Below, piece after piece: positions 24,963-37,899 of a DNA stretch of 64,000 nt (position 1 is its first letter; the number at the start of each line of letters is the position of its first letter). The translations under genes and the position numbers were made by a program. The notes under the pieces are model-generated. The model was not told the origin of the DNA, ran no database searches, and was given only the letters and a program-made list of their open reading frames with translations. This DNA comes from Octopus sinensis (taxonomy: Eukaryota): the NCBI RefSeq assembly GCF_006345805.1, contig NC_043001.1:86490001-86554000 (forward strand), read 5' to 3'.

Positions 24963-25530
24963 TGTGTGTGTGTGTGTAAACCAGTGTCTTGGCTTTGTGT
25001 AATGTCTGTACAAAGAGCATTACCGTCATACAAGCGATGTTATTTTTTTATTTTTGTTTCCATGAAAAATACATCTGGCAATGGGAAAATACTACCTTGC
25101 TTGGAAATAGGTGAGGGTTGGCGACAGGAAGTGCAATCTACTTCAACAAATACCGTCTGGAATTTGGAAGAGTAGAATTTGGAAGAGCCATGGAAGAGTA
25201 GATATTAAAATGAGGAGGAGGATGGGGGGAAGAGGAGGAGGATAGGGGAGAAGGAGGAGGAGGAAGGAAGGAGGGGGATGATGATGATGATGATAATGAT
25301 GATGACGACGACAACGACGATGATATGTATGATCTTTACCATCACTTTAGGTTCAGTACTTATCTCTGAATGTGTTTTAGTTTTGCTGAAATGCCTTGTG
25401 TTTTTGTTTTGTTTTTTGTTTTTTCGTGTGTATGTTTTGTTTTGTTTTCTGTTTTTTTTTAAGGGGCGGAGTTTCATGTAATGAGCTCAAAGCTATTTTC
25501 ATTATGCCCTTGGATCTTACTTAAGATGTT

Positions 25531-25566
<36 letters not shown>

Positions 25567-25832
25567 AGTCTATGATGTACTTTTCCCCCACTCCATGGAG
25601 GCTTGTGTGTTTTCATATGTGGTAAGTTATGTTGTGTGTTGCTATAGGTTTATGAGAGTTGATTTCTTTGTGTATGGTCATTTCATATGGACAGATGGTA
25701 TTCTTTTTGACAATTTGTTCTAGTTTAGTTTCCGTTATAAATGCATCTAAATTTCAACTATAATTCGCAGAAATTCTCTTGACAATCACCTCATAAATAT
25801 ACAGCAGATTATATTTTTCGTTGTTATTCCAG

Positions 25833-26521
25833 GTACAAATATTAACGCTGCTCTCCTTGAAAGTATAGAGAAACATAAATCTGCTTTATCCACCACAAAG
25901 AAAAGTATCATCATATTTCTTACTGACGGCCAAGCAACTTCAGGAATTAAGATCGGTGAACTTATCAAGAAAAATGTAAAAGAAGCCAACAAAAATGTGT
26001 CGCTATTTACCCTTGGTTTCGGAGAAGATTGCGACAGTAAATTTCTTCGTGAGATTGCTACAGAAAATGGAGGCTTTAGTAGGAAGATCTACGTTGACTC
26101 TGACAGTAGACTTCAAATTGAAAATCTTTATAAGGAAATATCTAACATTTTATTAAAGGATATTACGTTTGTTTACTTAGATGGTGCTGTTAAAACTAGT
26201 TCTACGTCATTTAGCAGCTACTTCAAAGGATCAGAATTAGTTGTTTCCGGTGTTTTGACGCAAGAATACCGACCAACTATAAATGTGAGTTTAACAATGA
26301 CAAACCGCTGGGGGTTTGATAACGAAATATTAGAACTAGACTTATATGGAGATAACTTTACCATATACGATGATGGTTTTTCGCAAAATTCCAGTTTGAC
26401 TAATATTCAATCATTTTCTGAAATTACCGAAAAGACTTATGCTTATCTCACTCTGAGACAACTTCTCAAAGAAGATAGAACTACAAAAGTGAGAAAAGAT
26501 ATTCTTGATCTGGCACTCAAG
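25833..26521 (+). CDS. ITIH: ITIH-like exon, rest of vWA and hybrid region (GTNINAALL...IIFLTDGQ...FTLGFG...YAYLTLRQLL...DLALK)
   Basis: ttattccAG / GTGAGT, phase 1->0; 689 nt open frame; MIDAS Thr (GTN) and Asp (LTDG) present. Confidence 0.95.
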
Positions 26522-26562
26522 GTGAGTAAAACAAAATGAAGCTATGCTAAATTATATTTTAT

Positions 26563-26900
26563 TTATTGATTTGTCAGATAAACTCGTTCGTACTTTTTGG
26601 TTTTTATTTTTTCCAATTATTTTAACAAATCAGTGGATAATATGTTTTCCTTCGTTATTCACAATTTCTTGCCATCATCCCACTCTGCTTGCCAATGCCT
26701 TGACGATAGAAACCTCCGAGTTTTGGTGAGAAGAATTCACTGAATCACTTTTCAGCTCCACGTCATTGTTTAACGAAACGTCTTGCAGACTCTTGGGGAA
26801 CGACCGAAAAATGTGATATTCTGAAGGTGTTATATCAGAAGATGATCGATGTAGTAGAACTTTCCAACTGAACTTTGTAGCCGAGATAGATAATGAAGAG
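26563..26900 (-). mobile_element. Mariner (DD34D-type) 3' remnant
   Basis: SSDITPSEYHIFRSF resembles YSPDLAPSDYHLFRSL; TIR-like end at 26563. Confidence 0.7.
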
Positions 26901-28169
26901 TAGCAGGTGCTGAAAATGCTCATGTTTTACTATTTGATATTCCATTTTAATATGTCTGTGTATTTCCTCAGTCTTTACGTTCTGAGTTCAAATTCCGCCG
27001 AGGTGGACTTTGCCTTTCATCCTTTTGTTCAATTTGAAACAATTTCACACATGCACTTTGCTTTTCCAAATCCTTCATTAAACAACTTGCTTTAAACTGC
27101 CAAATATATTGAACATACTTTCAATCAAGCACGTTTATATCAGTGACTAATGAAGCGTGAAGGTCAAGGCCACCCACTCACGACATGGAGACGCGGGTAC
27201 ACCATACCAGTTTAATGGTGTGCTTTTTTTGTTGTTTTTGTTTGTTTGTTTGTTTGTTTTTGAGGGGGAGGTTCTTTTTACACAATCGGTTTCTTTTTGG
27301 ACGTCCACATGAATTAAACGTTATTACGTCAGGAAGCGTGTACGATGGTTTCTTAGGAAATAGCCAGATTTTGTTGGAAAGGAATATCAGTGATTGGTTA
27401 TCTGTGATTACGGTTTTTGAAACTTATGTCTTTTATCTTTCACTTTTTTCGGTCACTGGATGCGACTGTGCAGGGGTACAACTTTGGAGGGGTTTAGTCA
27501 AACATATCGACCCCAGTACTTAATTTTAAGACTGGTCACTAGTTCTATCGGTCACTGATAAGTTACAGGGAAGTAAACACTATCGCCGGTTGTCAAGCAG
27601 TGACGGCGGGTACACATGCACAAAGACACATATATGTACGACAGGCTCCCTTACTATTTCTGTCAACCAAATATAAGGCATTGATCGACTCGGGGCCATA
27701 ACAGAAGACACTCGCCCAAGGTGCCGCACAGTGGGACTCAACCGGAAACCACGTCATTGCAAAGTGAACTTCTCAACCCCACAGACATGTCTGCACTTAT
27801 ATACTGGCTTCAAATTTTGGCACAAGGCCAGCAATTTCGGGGGAGGGAGTAAATCGGTTACATCGATCCGAGTGATCAACTGGTACTTATTTTATCGACC
27901 ACGAAAGGATGAAAGGCAAAGTCGACCGCAGGGTAATTTGAACTCAAAACGTAGAGACGGACAAAATGCCACTAGGCATTGCATCCGGCGTGCTAAAGAT
28001 TTTGTCAGTTCGGCGCTTTCGGCACCTATATATTACCATCAAAATTATGCCATCAATGAAAATACATGAAATATAAAGTTGATAGAGTTGTAATTATGTC
28101 ATTTTTATGTATTGTAACATTGTTTCATATTTATGTTGTACTAATAAGTAATATTCTTCCTTGCAACAG

Positions 28170-28242
28170 TATAAATTTGTTACACCATTAACGTCAATGG
28201 TTGTCACCAAATCCAGAATTAACGAGAAACTTTTCGAAGAAG
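28170..28242 (+). CDS. ITIH: ITIH-like exon (YKFVTPLTSMVVTKSRINEKLFEE)
   Basis: gcaacAG / GTAATT, phase 0->1; FVTPLTSMVV motif. Confidence 0.93.
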
Positions 28243-28636
28243 GTAATTTTATAATTCATACCATTTTAAGCAACTTTCATAGACTTGAATGAGATGCTTG
28301 GGCTCGGCAGTCTGAACGATGGGGAGTTAGCACAGCTGACTAGCCATTTAGTCTGTTTTGGCAACAACACTTTTAGACGCTGGACGCAAAAACACACGCA
28401 CGTACGTGCACACATACACACATACACGCATGCGCTCAGAAATATACATATACAGGCAGAGAATGAGAATGTAAGTCACAATACAATCAACTAATTGAAC
28501 CTGATTGACATAAGCACTTTCCCTCTCCTCACACACATAAAGAAAAATATGCTCACACACATAAACACAGAAAAAAAGGGGGAGGTGAGAGAAAAAGCAG
28601 AACGAGAGAAACATTAGGACGTCTGGTGTCAAATAT

Positions 28637-28815
28637 GTCCTTGGATCCTTCCTCGGATCTTTCTTTTTTCTATGTTTCTGACGAAGAGCTCCGCTCGAAA
28701 CGTTAAATCCTCCTCCTTTCATCCCTTTCCTGAGCGTCCAATAACACTATACTTGTTCCACCTCCTCGCGTTGTTGTGTTTTCTCTTTGTGTTTTCATGT
28801 TTGGATTAACTTTAT
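28637..28815 (+). mobile_element. Second copy of the hammerhead-bearing pseudo-LTR
   Basis: Nearly identical to 14536-14700; CUGACGA at 28678. Confidence 0.7.
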
Positions 28816-28931
28816 ATACCGCACGCTCACACAGACCCCGGCCTTCTGACTAACTTGGATAACCAATACCTGGATTTTTACATCTACGGATTACTGTTAC
28901 CATTCATCTGGGGTACTATATATATGTGTGT

Positions 28932-28970
<39 letters not shown>

Positions 28971-29559
28971 TATATATGTATGTATGTATGTATGTATGAA
29001 TATGTATGGATTAACTTTATATATATATATTAGCTAATATATATGTATATATATTAGCTCGCACTTCTTCCTTCAAAGTGTGATCAATATCAGATGATTA
29101 GGAAGGTACGGCCATTTTAAAAGATAGCAACTAGAATACAAATTACGCGCGGAAAGTTATCAGGGCAGTTCAAATTCAAAGCAAAAAAAAATAATAATTT
29201 GTTAAAGGGGAACTACTCTAACAAACTGAGCGTTGTAAGTTACTTCCCTTGATCAAAATAACTCTTTTTTGTCGTTAAAATATTTACGTAGGTGCTTACG
29301 TCAAGGGAAGAATATATATGTGCAAATTTTATTAATGCCTTTGATCGCCTGTGCGTGTAATGTGTTACGAAAGTATCCGTTAGTTGGCTTGAACAATATT
29401 TCGATACAATAACTTTACCTATAAATTATAACAGTATTCCGAATTTACATTATTTGTTATGATAGATCGAAATGTCAGTAAAATATTTAATCACTTAAGA
29501 AATTTTTTTATAATTCACCCAGTTGTAATCTCTTGTAATAACAGCTTAATAATAAACTA

Positions 29560-30700
29560 TTATTATTATTTATTGTCTTTGCACAGCTTCTAACGCTGAA
29601 GATGTACTACGTTTCCAGCTGTTCACTAACAGTGAACTAAATTAACACCCCTTATTTTTTGAGCACCATCCGGTTCCAAGCAGTGCTCTTTTCTGCAAGT
29701 GCTCCATTCCTATTGCAGTCCTTATTTGTTCCATATACTTCTCAAGATTTTTACTCACTGTTCTCAGGGCTCCGGCAATTATTAGTACTACTACCACCTT
29801 TTTCATCGACCACAACTTCTTAACTTTCCACGCTAACCTGTCATATCTCCCAAATATTCTTTCTTCCTTATCGCATACCTTGTTGTCAGCTGGGCATGAT
29901 ATATCTATGATCCAGCATCGTTTGCTTTCTTTCTCAATTAATACTATGTCTGGCTTCCTATTCTCTATCCCATGGTCGCACTAAATCTTAAAATCCCATA
30001 GGATCGCTGCATTATCATTTTCGATGATGCTTTCGACTGAAGGATCAGTCTCAGTCTGCGCAAGTACTCCACCTTAAATTTTTCTGTTATTTTTTTCTCC
30101 ACCAGTTTATCTATTTCCAGTATCCCCAAGTACTTATAGCCCATCTCTTTTATCTGCTTCATAACCTCCTCCGACGGTATCGCTAGCCCGTCCATAAATT
30201 TGATTTTGCCTCTCTTCAAAACTAACACACCACATTTTTTCAGTCCGAAATCCATTCTGATATCAGCACTGAAGGTATGCAACGTATCAACGAGGGAACT
30301 GACTTGGGATTCGGCTTTACCATAAAGTTTGAGGTTATCCATGAATAACAGGGGCTAGATTTTTGTTGGTGGCTTTTGAATACACAGCCAGCTTTTGCTT
30401 TCCTCAGAATCGGTGTTAGAGGTATCATGCATAATATAAAGATCAGTGGAGATAGGCAGCCCCCTTGGAAGATGCTTCTCATGATTTCTACTGTCCCTAA
30501 ACTTCTTCCATATACTGTCAGTTACGTCCTCCACTTCGCCATACTTTTTCCAAGCAATCGCTCAAAATTCGATGCAATTCCAAATAGGTTCATACGTTCC
30601 ATAATCCAAGAATGTGGGATCATATCGTACGCTTTACGATAATCGATCCATGATAGTTTTCCTCCTTTTGTAGTCTCTAAGTACAGTTTTGTCTACCATT
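29560..30700 (-). mobile_element. R4/Dong-like RLE retrotransposon remnant (internally deleted)
   Basis: IFQGGCLSPLIFILCMIPLT, MDNLKLYGK, MDFGLKKC; 3' end shared with the 22190 copy. Confidence 0.88.
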
Positions 30701-30728
30701 ATTATTATAATAATAATTATAATTATTA

Positions 30729-30799
<71 letters not shown>

Positions 30800-31199
30800 C
30801 ATAGTTACGTATATGCAAAGTTACTTGGACGATGACGAATCAAAACTGCTTACTATTTATCAAAGTTGAATATTACGTTATCAATACATGTGCACAATAT
30901 ATTAATTCATAATAGTGAGAATAGACACCAACGATCATAATTAAGAAAAGCATTAACGTTAACAAATCAAAATGAATAAAAGTTGAAACCAATATTAAAT
31001 TAACACGCAGCATCTTTAACTTAACATCACCTGTTGCTTTACAAATAATAATCATAGATTCCTGAGATACGTACTTAAATTAATGTCCGAGCAATGTTTT
31101 ATATATTATACACTTATCCGTAAATAAAACCTTATATTTGTATTAACCATATATTTTATATTTTAATATTAATAAGATATCTACTAAGAATTATCTAAT

Positions 31200-32080
31200 C
31201 TTTTTAGTTACAATTTTTAGCATATTAATCCTATGATACTACCTAATTTATAGTCCTAGTAATCCTTACATTATGTTTAATGTAAGGTTCTGCAAATGAT
31301 GCGGAGTTACATTTGTAGTTATTAATAGCACATCCAGGGTTCCTATAACTTTTTGAGTGGCAATTCTGATGGATCGAATCTGATGTGGTAAAATGTATAT
31401 ACAAGTGGCCCCCTTATGCTCTACCGCATAATTCTTCTCGACCCAGACATTTTTGTGGGAGATCATGGCTGTTAAGTTTGAGAATGCTTTCGTTACCGCT
31501 CTTACAATGCTGTCCCGGATCCAGGAGTTCAGCCTGATAAAGAGCACAAGACTAGAGTAGGGTTTGTTGACTTAATGATCATAGTAATGAATTTGTTTTC
31601 TTCGGTTATGCGGAAGATATTAGTGATTGAAGGTGTTACAGTGAGCCGTCGACGTGCTGTGGGGTGCTGCTGTGATTAGTTCTGGGCGCAGATAGATTAA
31701 TATAAGTGTAGGTGAGTGAAGTGTATACAGGGATCAGTATTATGGTTGGCGGCAATGTTCTAGCCTAGTTGAATTTGTTGTTCTAGTGTGCTTGAATGCT
31801 GATATTGTACTTGAATGTTTTACCTTCGTTGAATTTGTTGTTCTATTGAGCTTGAATGTGGCAAAGCTTTCTTCCAATTCATTAAGAATATTTCTTGAAA
31901 GAAATTTACATTTTTAAGCATTTTCACAGTACATACATTACATCTGGTATTGCCTCCTCTATAGTACTTTCTAACCTTAGCTGTGATTCTCTATCTTTTC
32001 GAAAGATTCCTCACATAGTGGTACTTCATGCCCCAGAAACTTTTGCACAGTAAAGTTGGGTTGCGTTTTTCATTGTTAAT
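31200..32080 (-). mobile_element. Decayed Penelope-like fragments
   Basis: NPTLLCKSFW...YYRGGNTRCNVC and CIYILP motifs. Confidence 0.5.
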
Positions 32081-32098
32081 GAAGGAGATTATGTATTG

Positions 32099-32171
<73 letters not shown>

Positions 32172-32219
32172 TGTGTGTGTTACCTGTCTCTGCTGTGGTG
32201 ACCACAAAAAACTGACAGC

Positions 32220-32640
32220 GTACAGAAATAGTTGGGACAGTGGGAAGAGTTTGATATATCCAGATTGTCACGTGGCATACCATATCATCAATCATTACAA
32301 AGTGGGAGAATGCATCTGAGTGTCACGCCTTATTATTCAGCTGATTGCATGTATGCTATTAGACTAACTGCAAGAGTAGGACTCGACTGGACTGCATAAC
32401 AACAAGGAGACAGATCTATTTGTTCCAACAGTTACAGTTCAGTGCTAAGAAGGCTCTGGATAAGATCACACTAAAAAGGGTGAACTAGTCAATCACACCA
32501 ATCATACTGCCGGTTTTCATAGACATTAAGACACAGCCGACATCCTCTTCGTTACGACGCAGTTTCAAGGAAAATGCAAGGAGAGATGTTTTCGTTGTCT
32601 TTGTGGACATGATGGGTGTTTGACTTTGCAAAGAAAATAT
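32220..32640 (+). mobile_element. RTE LINE RT fragment
   Basis: AGFHRH*DTADILFVTTQFQGKCKE resembles GFR..RST.D.IF..RQLQEKC. Confidence 0.55.
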
Positions 32641-32804
32641 TTTTGTGGAACATTCGCAGAAACTTGCAAGGAACTCTTTGATGTATACCGCGTGTGTGTG
32701 TCTGTAATGTATAGTGCGTATTTATGTAGGTGTGTATGTTACATGCTTTGTATTAGAGTATGAGTACGGCAATTAGCTCCGTAAATCTTCCCTCTTCTTT
32801 TCAG

Positions 32805-32849
32805 ATGAACTTCAAGATTTTATACCAACAATTGCAGCTTTAGATATGG
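32805..32849 (+). CDS. ITIH: ITIH-like linker exon (DELQDFIPTIAALDM)
   Basis: ctcttcttttcAG / GTGAGT, 45 nt, phase 1->1; supported by splice signals only. Confidence 0.65.
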
Positions 32850-32944
32850 GTGAGTCTTTGCCTTACAACATCCTTTCATTTCAAGTAGATCTCAATCAGT
32901 AGTTCCTATTATGCATACAAACAGAGCCACCAATGTGTGTGTGT

Positions 32945-32976
<32 letters not shown>

Positions 32977-33055
32977 TCAAAGAGAAAGAGAGAGAGAGGA
33001 TTTCTTAATGTAGTGTCCCACCATGGCCGCGGTTTAATGACTAAAACAAATTAAA

Positions 33056-33094
<39 letters not shown>

Positions 33095-33097
<3 letters not shown>

Positions 33098-33870
33098 GGT
33101 TGAGCAGAGAGGACGGACACATTTTTGAAATGGTAATTAGTCAGCCCCAGGGAAGGGACATACGTCCGACAAGTACCATTCGGTCTGTGATGTCTTAACA
33201 TTTTTTTTCTTTTCAGGTGAAGCCATGGAGCTCTGAACGATAGAGCATCATATGTTTGCCTACGACACTTACGTGAAGAATAACTAGTTTGTCACAGCAG
33301 TTCAGCGTGAGTGTCGGCGCCACTTCAACATTCACCGAAATCAGGCTGTTTCCAGCCGAAACATAATCTTATGTTGGGTGAATGTACTTCGTACACGAAG
33401 TACACTAATGAATAGGAGACTGGCGGGGGTTCCACGAACGGTACGGACCCTGGAAATGTGGAACGCGTATTTTGTATGAAGACCTTCATTTCCACCCGTA
33501 CAAATTTGTCATTAGGCAACATTTGAAACCATGGGACTATGCACAGTGGATTAACTTCGCACATCAGATGGAAGCAATTTTTGAGGCAAATGATAACCTC
33601 ATTTTGTTAATGAGTGATGAAGCCCATTTTCATCTCACTGGCATAGTGAATCAACAGAACTGTCGTTGCTGGACACTTTAAAAAAGCGGGAGAGCTGCAC
33701 GAAAGACCACTGTACAGCCCAAAAGAGACGGTCTGGTGTGCTGTTGGAAAAGCTGCCGTCATTGGTCCTTATGTTTTTTTAAGGCACAACAAGGGAAATG
33801 CTGTTACTGTGAACTCTGAGCGTTACGTTGAGATGATAAACAACTTCTTTGTGCATGAATTACGATGAAA
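33095..33870 (+). mobile_element. Tc1/mariner transposase pseudogene (DUF4817-type N-terminus), 3'-truncated
   Basis: TAVQRECRRHF, HPYK, LMSDEAHFHL.G.VNQQNCR, VWCA, TVNSERY. Confidence 0.88.
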
Positions 33871-34007
33871 ACATACGCACACACACACACACACAACTGA
33901 TTTTCGGATTGATCCAAACAAGTGTATTATGAATTAAAATTAACTTGCTAATATAAAACGTAAATATTATATGAATTTTAAATACTAATATTTAAGACAG
34001 GCAAGGC

Positions 34008-34445
34008 GGCGAACTGGCAGAATCGTAAGTGCGTTGGGCCAAGTGCTTAGTGGTATTTCGTCTGTCTTTACGTTATGAGTTCGAATTTCGCCGAGGTTAA
34101 CTTTGCTTTTTATCCTTTCGGAATCGGTAAAATAAGTACCAGGTGAATACTGGGTTCAGTATAATCGACTTATCCCATCCCCTGAAGCTGCTGGCCTTGT
34201 ACCAAAATTTGAAACCAATATTTAAGACAATATTTCCTACTTGAAGCACAAGGCCTCAAATTCGGGGGAAGGGATTAAATCTATTACATCGACTCCAGTG
34301 CGTAATTGCTACTTATTTAATCGTACTCGAAAGGATGAAAGGCAAAGTCTACCTCGGCGGAATTTGAACTCAGAATGTGAAGATGGACGAAATAGCAGGA
34401 AGCATTTTGACCGGCGTGCTAACGATTCCGCCAAACAGCCGCCCT
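34008..34445. mobile_element. Tail-to-tail inverted pair of family A SINEs
   Basis: + copy 34008-34225 and - copy 34245-34445. Confidence 0.8.
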
Positions 34446-35027
34446 AAGACAAGCAAATAATAACAGTTGTCGTTTGTAAATTTTCATAAAGTTAAGCAGA
34501 TAATTAAAAGAAGCTTTTATTTATATTTCATATTTCATTACCAATCAGGAAGGGTTATGCCAATATTACGTAAGTAACGATTTATTTTATTTCATTTTAT
34601 TTATTTTTTTTTTTTTTTAGGCATTACTGTGTGGTCTACAAACTAGTTTAGCAACCACACGATTCGGCATAGCCCCGGGCCGACTAAATCCACATGAGTG
34701 AATTTGGTAGACTGGAACTGTGTAGAAGGCCGTCGTATGTGTGTGTGAAAAAAAAATTATGAAAAGGAATCAAGAATGGGATTGAGTTAAGAGATATGTC
34801 ACCTGGTACTAAAAACGTATTCTGTCGAGTGGTTTTGTTGCAAGTCGGCAAGAGTTTTCTGGATAAGAGTTTCTTAGGAAATTTGTCTTTAAGGTTGGTG
34901 TTCTTTTGGAAAGGGAATGTGTGTAGCAGTACTATATGTACATTTGTGTTCGTTAGTGTATTTCCTTTCTTTTATATATTGGTTTAATTCCATGCGGTGT
35001 GTGTAGGGTTACAATAGGTGTGGCAGT

Positions 35028-35425
35028 CAAGGCGGCGAGCTGACAGAAACGTTAGCACGCCGGGCGAAATGCGTAGCCGTATTTCGTCTGCCGCTACGTT
35101 CTGAGTTTAAATTCCGCCGAGGTCAACTTTGCCTTTCATCCTTTCAGGGTCGATTAAATAGGTACCAGTTACGCACTGGGGTTAATGTAATTGACTTAAT
35201 CCGTTTGTCTGTCCTTGTTTGTCCTATCTCTGTTTAGCCCCATGTGGGTAGTAAGGAAATAGGTATTTCGTCTGTCTTCATGTTCTGAGTTCAACTCCCG
35301 CCGAGGTTGACTTTGCCTTTCATCCTTTCGAGGTCCATAAATTAAGTACCAGTAGCGTACTGGGGTCAATCTAATCGACTGCCCCCTCCCCAAAATTTTC
35401 GGGCCTTGTGCCTAGAGAAGAAAAG
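35028..35425 (+). mobile_element. SINE family A multimer
   Basis: Full copy followed by a headless copy. Confidence 0.85.
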
Positions 35426-35716
35426 AATATGTGTGTGAGTTTATATTTGAGGTAGTACAAGAATGTCAATTTGGGTGTGCGGTTGGGTGTCCGCTGTGCT
35501 GGGTCGTGTGTCTTTGTTTGTGGGTGCGTTAGTCTGGTCAAACTCTTTGCCGGGCTCCCAAGTATTGGAGGGCCGAAGTTGAGAGACTGGTGATTAAAGT
35601 CATGATGGGATGCGCATCAGGAAGTTAATTATAAATACATTACTGCTCTAATGTTTAAAGTTTGCTTCTTTTTCGGAGAGAGAAAGAGAGAGAAAGAGAG
35701 AGACAGAGAGAGAGAC

Positions 35717-35753
<37 letters not shown>

Positions 35754-36084
35754 AAGATGCGTGCTTGTGTTTTCCCCTCCCGCTTGCCTCTCCTAGCAGT
35801 TCGACAAAATGGCCTGATAGAATAAGAACCAGACTTACAAAAGAAATATCGGTATCGATCTCTTCGACGAATCGAGGTGCCCCACGCATGGCCACAACAT
35901 GGCCGCAAGTAAATGACAAAAAAAAAAGGCTTTGGTGAACAATAGCACCGGTAGTGCTGGTTTCCATGCACTACTCATTGCTTCACTCCATATCGGACAA
36001 CAAATACTGGCTAAGGAGTGTCTGTAATTCGATACGGAACAAATATCTCATTGCATTTCGTTTGCAGTGCACCTGTTTTTCCAG

Positions 36085-36350
36085 GAGCGGCGGCAGCGGC
36101 AGCAGCGGCGGCACAGGCGGCAGCGACGGCAGCGGCGGCAGCGACGGCAGCGGCGGCAGCGGCGGGAACGGCGGCGGCGGCGGCGGCAGCGGCGGCAGCG
36201 GCGGCAGCGGCGGCAGCGGCGGCAGCGGCGGCAGCGGCGGCAGCGGCGGCAGCGGCGGCAGCGGCGGCACAGCACAGGCGGCAGCGGCGGCACAGGTGGC
36301 AGCGATGGCAGAGGCGTCAGCGGTAACGGTGGCGGCGGCGATGATGACGT
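36085..36350. repeat. GC-rich (GGCGGCAGC)n minisatellite
   Basis: Direct reading; open in several frames. Confidence 0.9.
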
Positions 36351-36764
36351 TGCTGCCTTCTACTCAATAGCTTGCACTATGAGTGTCACCCACCAAAGTG
36401 TGTTGACAAATTTGACAGCTCTGGGTGGTGTATTTGATTGATTTACACCTCGGCCAAAGAAATGGCCTACGCGAGTTTTCATATTATCAGATTACCTCCC
36501 TTACATTATAAACATTTCATTTAAAATTTTGACTATTGCGGATATGCGTATAGATCTAAAAATGTATACGTATGTCTACCTGTTATATGCGTGTTGTGTG
36601 TGTGTGTTTGTGTGTGTACATACATTTATCCTACATTATACGGGTATAACTTGATGCAACCCAGAACAACTGACTCACTAGTTAACATTATTAGACGGTG
36701 GCCGGCACAACGGAATAGGAGCTTTGTCTGCATATTCAAAACGTTACCATAAACAATTTAAAAG

Positions 36765-36808
<44 letters not shown>

Positions 36809-36969
36809 AGACAGACAGACAGACAGACAAAGAGATTGATAAGAATGTGAGTGTAATTTGAGATATATCTATATACAAGTGTGTATATATGTGCGTATCT
36901 GTATGCATCTGTGTAAATGTGTGTGTGTGCGTGTGTGTGTGTGTGTGTGTGTATGCACACAAACATACA

Positions 36970-37800
36970 CGCGGACATTGAATTACTCAAGCTGCTCTTG
37001 CGAAATCGAAACCCATTCCTGGCGCAGTTTTGCCTTCAGGGCGTCGAGTGAAGCATGAGAAGTGCTCGAGACCGTCGTCTCCAAAATGGTCCAAACAGAA
37101 AAATCCAGTGGGTTGAGATCGGGGCTTCTTAAGGACCATCCATTCTTTCCTATGAATGACGAAATGTTTTTCTGAATCCACTGTTGTGTCTGGTGCTGGG
37201 TCCTGTTGGAGGCTCAAAGGTGCACCGTGAAAGTGCTCATTCGTCCATGGAAGCAGTTCAGCTTCCAGAAAGTCGCTAATGTATCGTTGTGTGATAATTT
37301 TAACACACGAGGGCACAAAAACGAAGGGAGACCTTCCAGTCGTTGTCACAGTCACCCAAACTATGACTGATTGTGGATTTTGACGTCGATTTACGAATCT
37401 ACCCTCGGCGGAGTCGGACATTCTGGTGGTTTATTATCAGTTCGATGTCAAATTTCTTTTCATTAGTGAACACCAGGTTGGGCAGCGTTATTTCAGCAAT
37501 CTGTCGCAGGATAAGGCGACTTCTCTCCAGTTCTAGCCATATAAACTTATGTGAGCACATGACAACGAATTATATAAGTAGGCATGGGTCCTGAGATCCT
37601 CTTTTAGCATTCGATACATCGGTGTTCAACTTATTTTTGCTGTGGCAGCTAGTTTTCTGACAGAACGACGAGGATTTCGCCATATCTTTTCTCTTGTACT
37701 TTTGATAAGTGAGGGACCCGCACACTTCTTTCTCAGCCATGTCCAGGTCAATCTGCAGTGGAACCAGTCTCTTGAAATTTCTTGACAATTGTATTTTGAG
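36970..37800 (-). mobile_element. Tc1/mariner (DD37D/maT-like) transposase remnant
   Basis: QNPQSVIVW...GRSPFVFVP..VKI...Y; LQQD.AP; SPDLNPLDFSVW after a frameshift. Confidence 0.82.
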
Positions 37801-37899
37801 CTATCGACATTACCTAATTTATAAATACGAATTTATTAGTCTGAAACAAAAAGAAGGCACACTAAACTTTTATAATAATGTATAATTTTCATATCTTAT

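Noticed and set aside
29595-29640. gaaacgta with a nearby hairpin in the R4 3' UTR as a hammerhead
   Set aside because: No CUGANGA core in the correct order.
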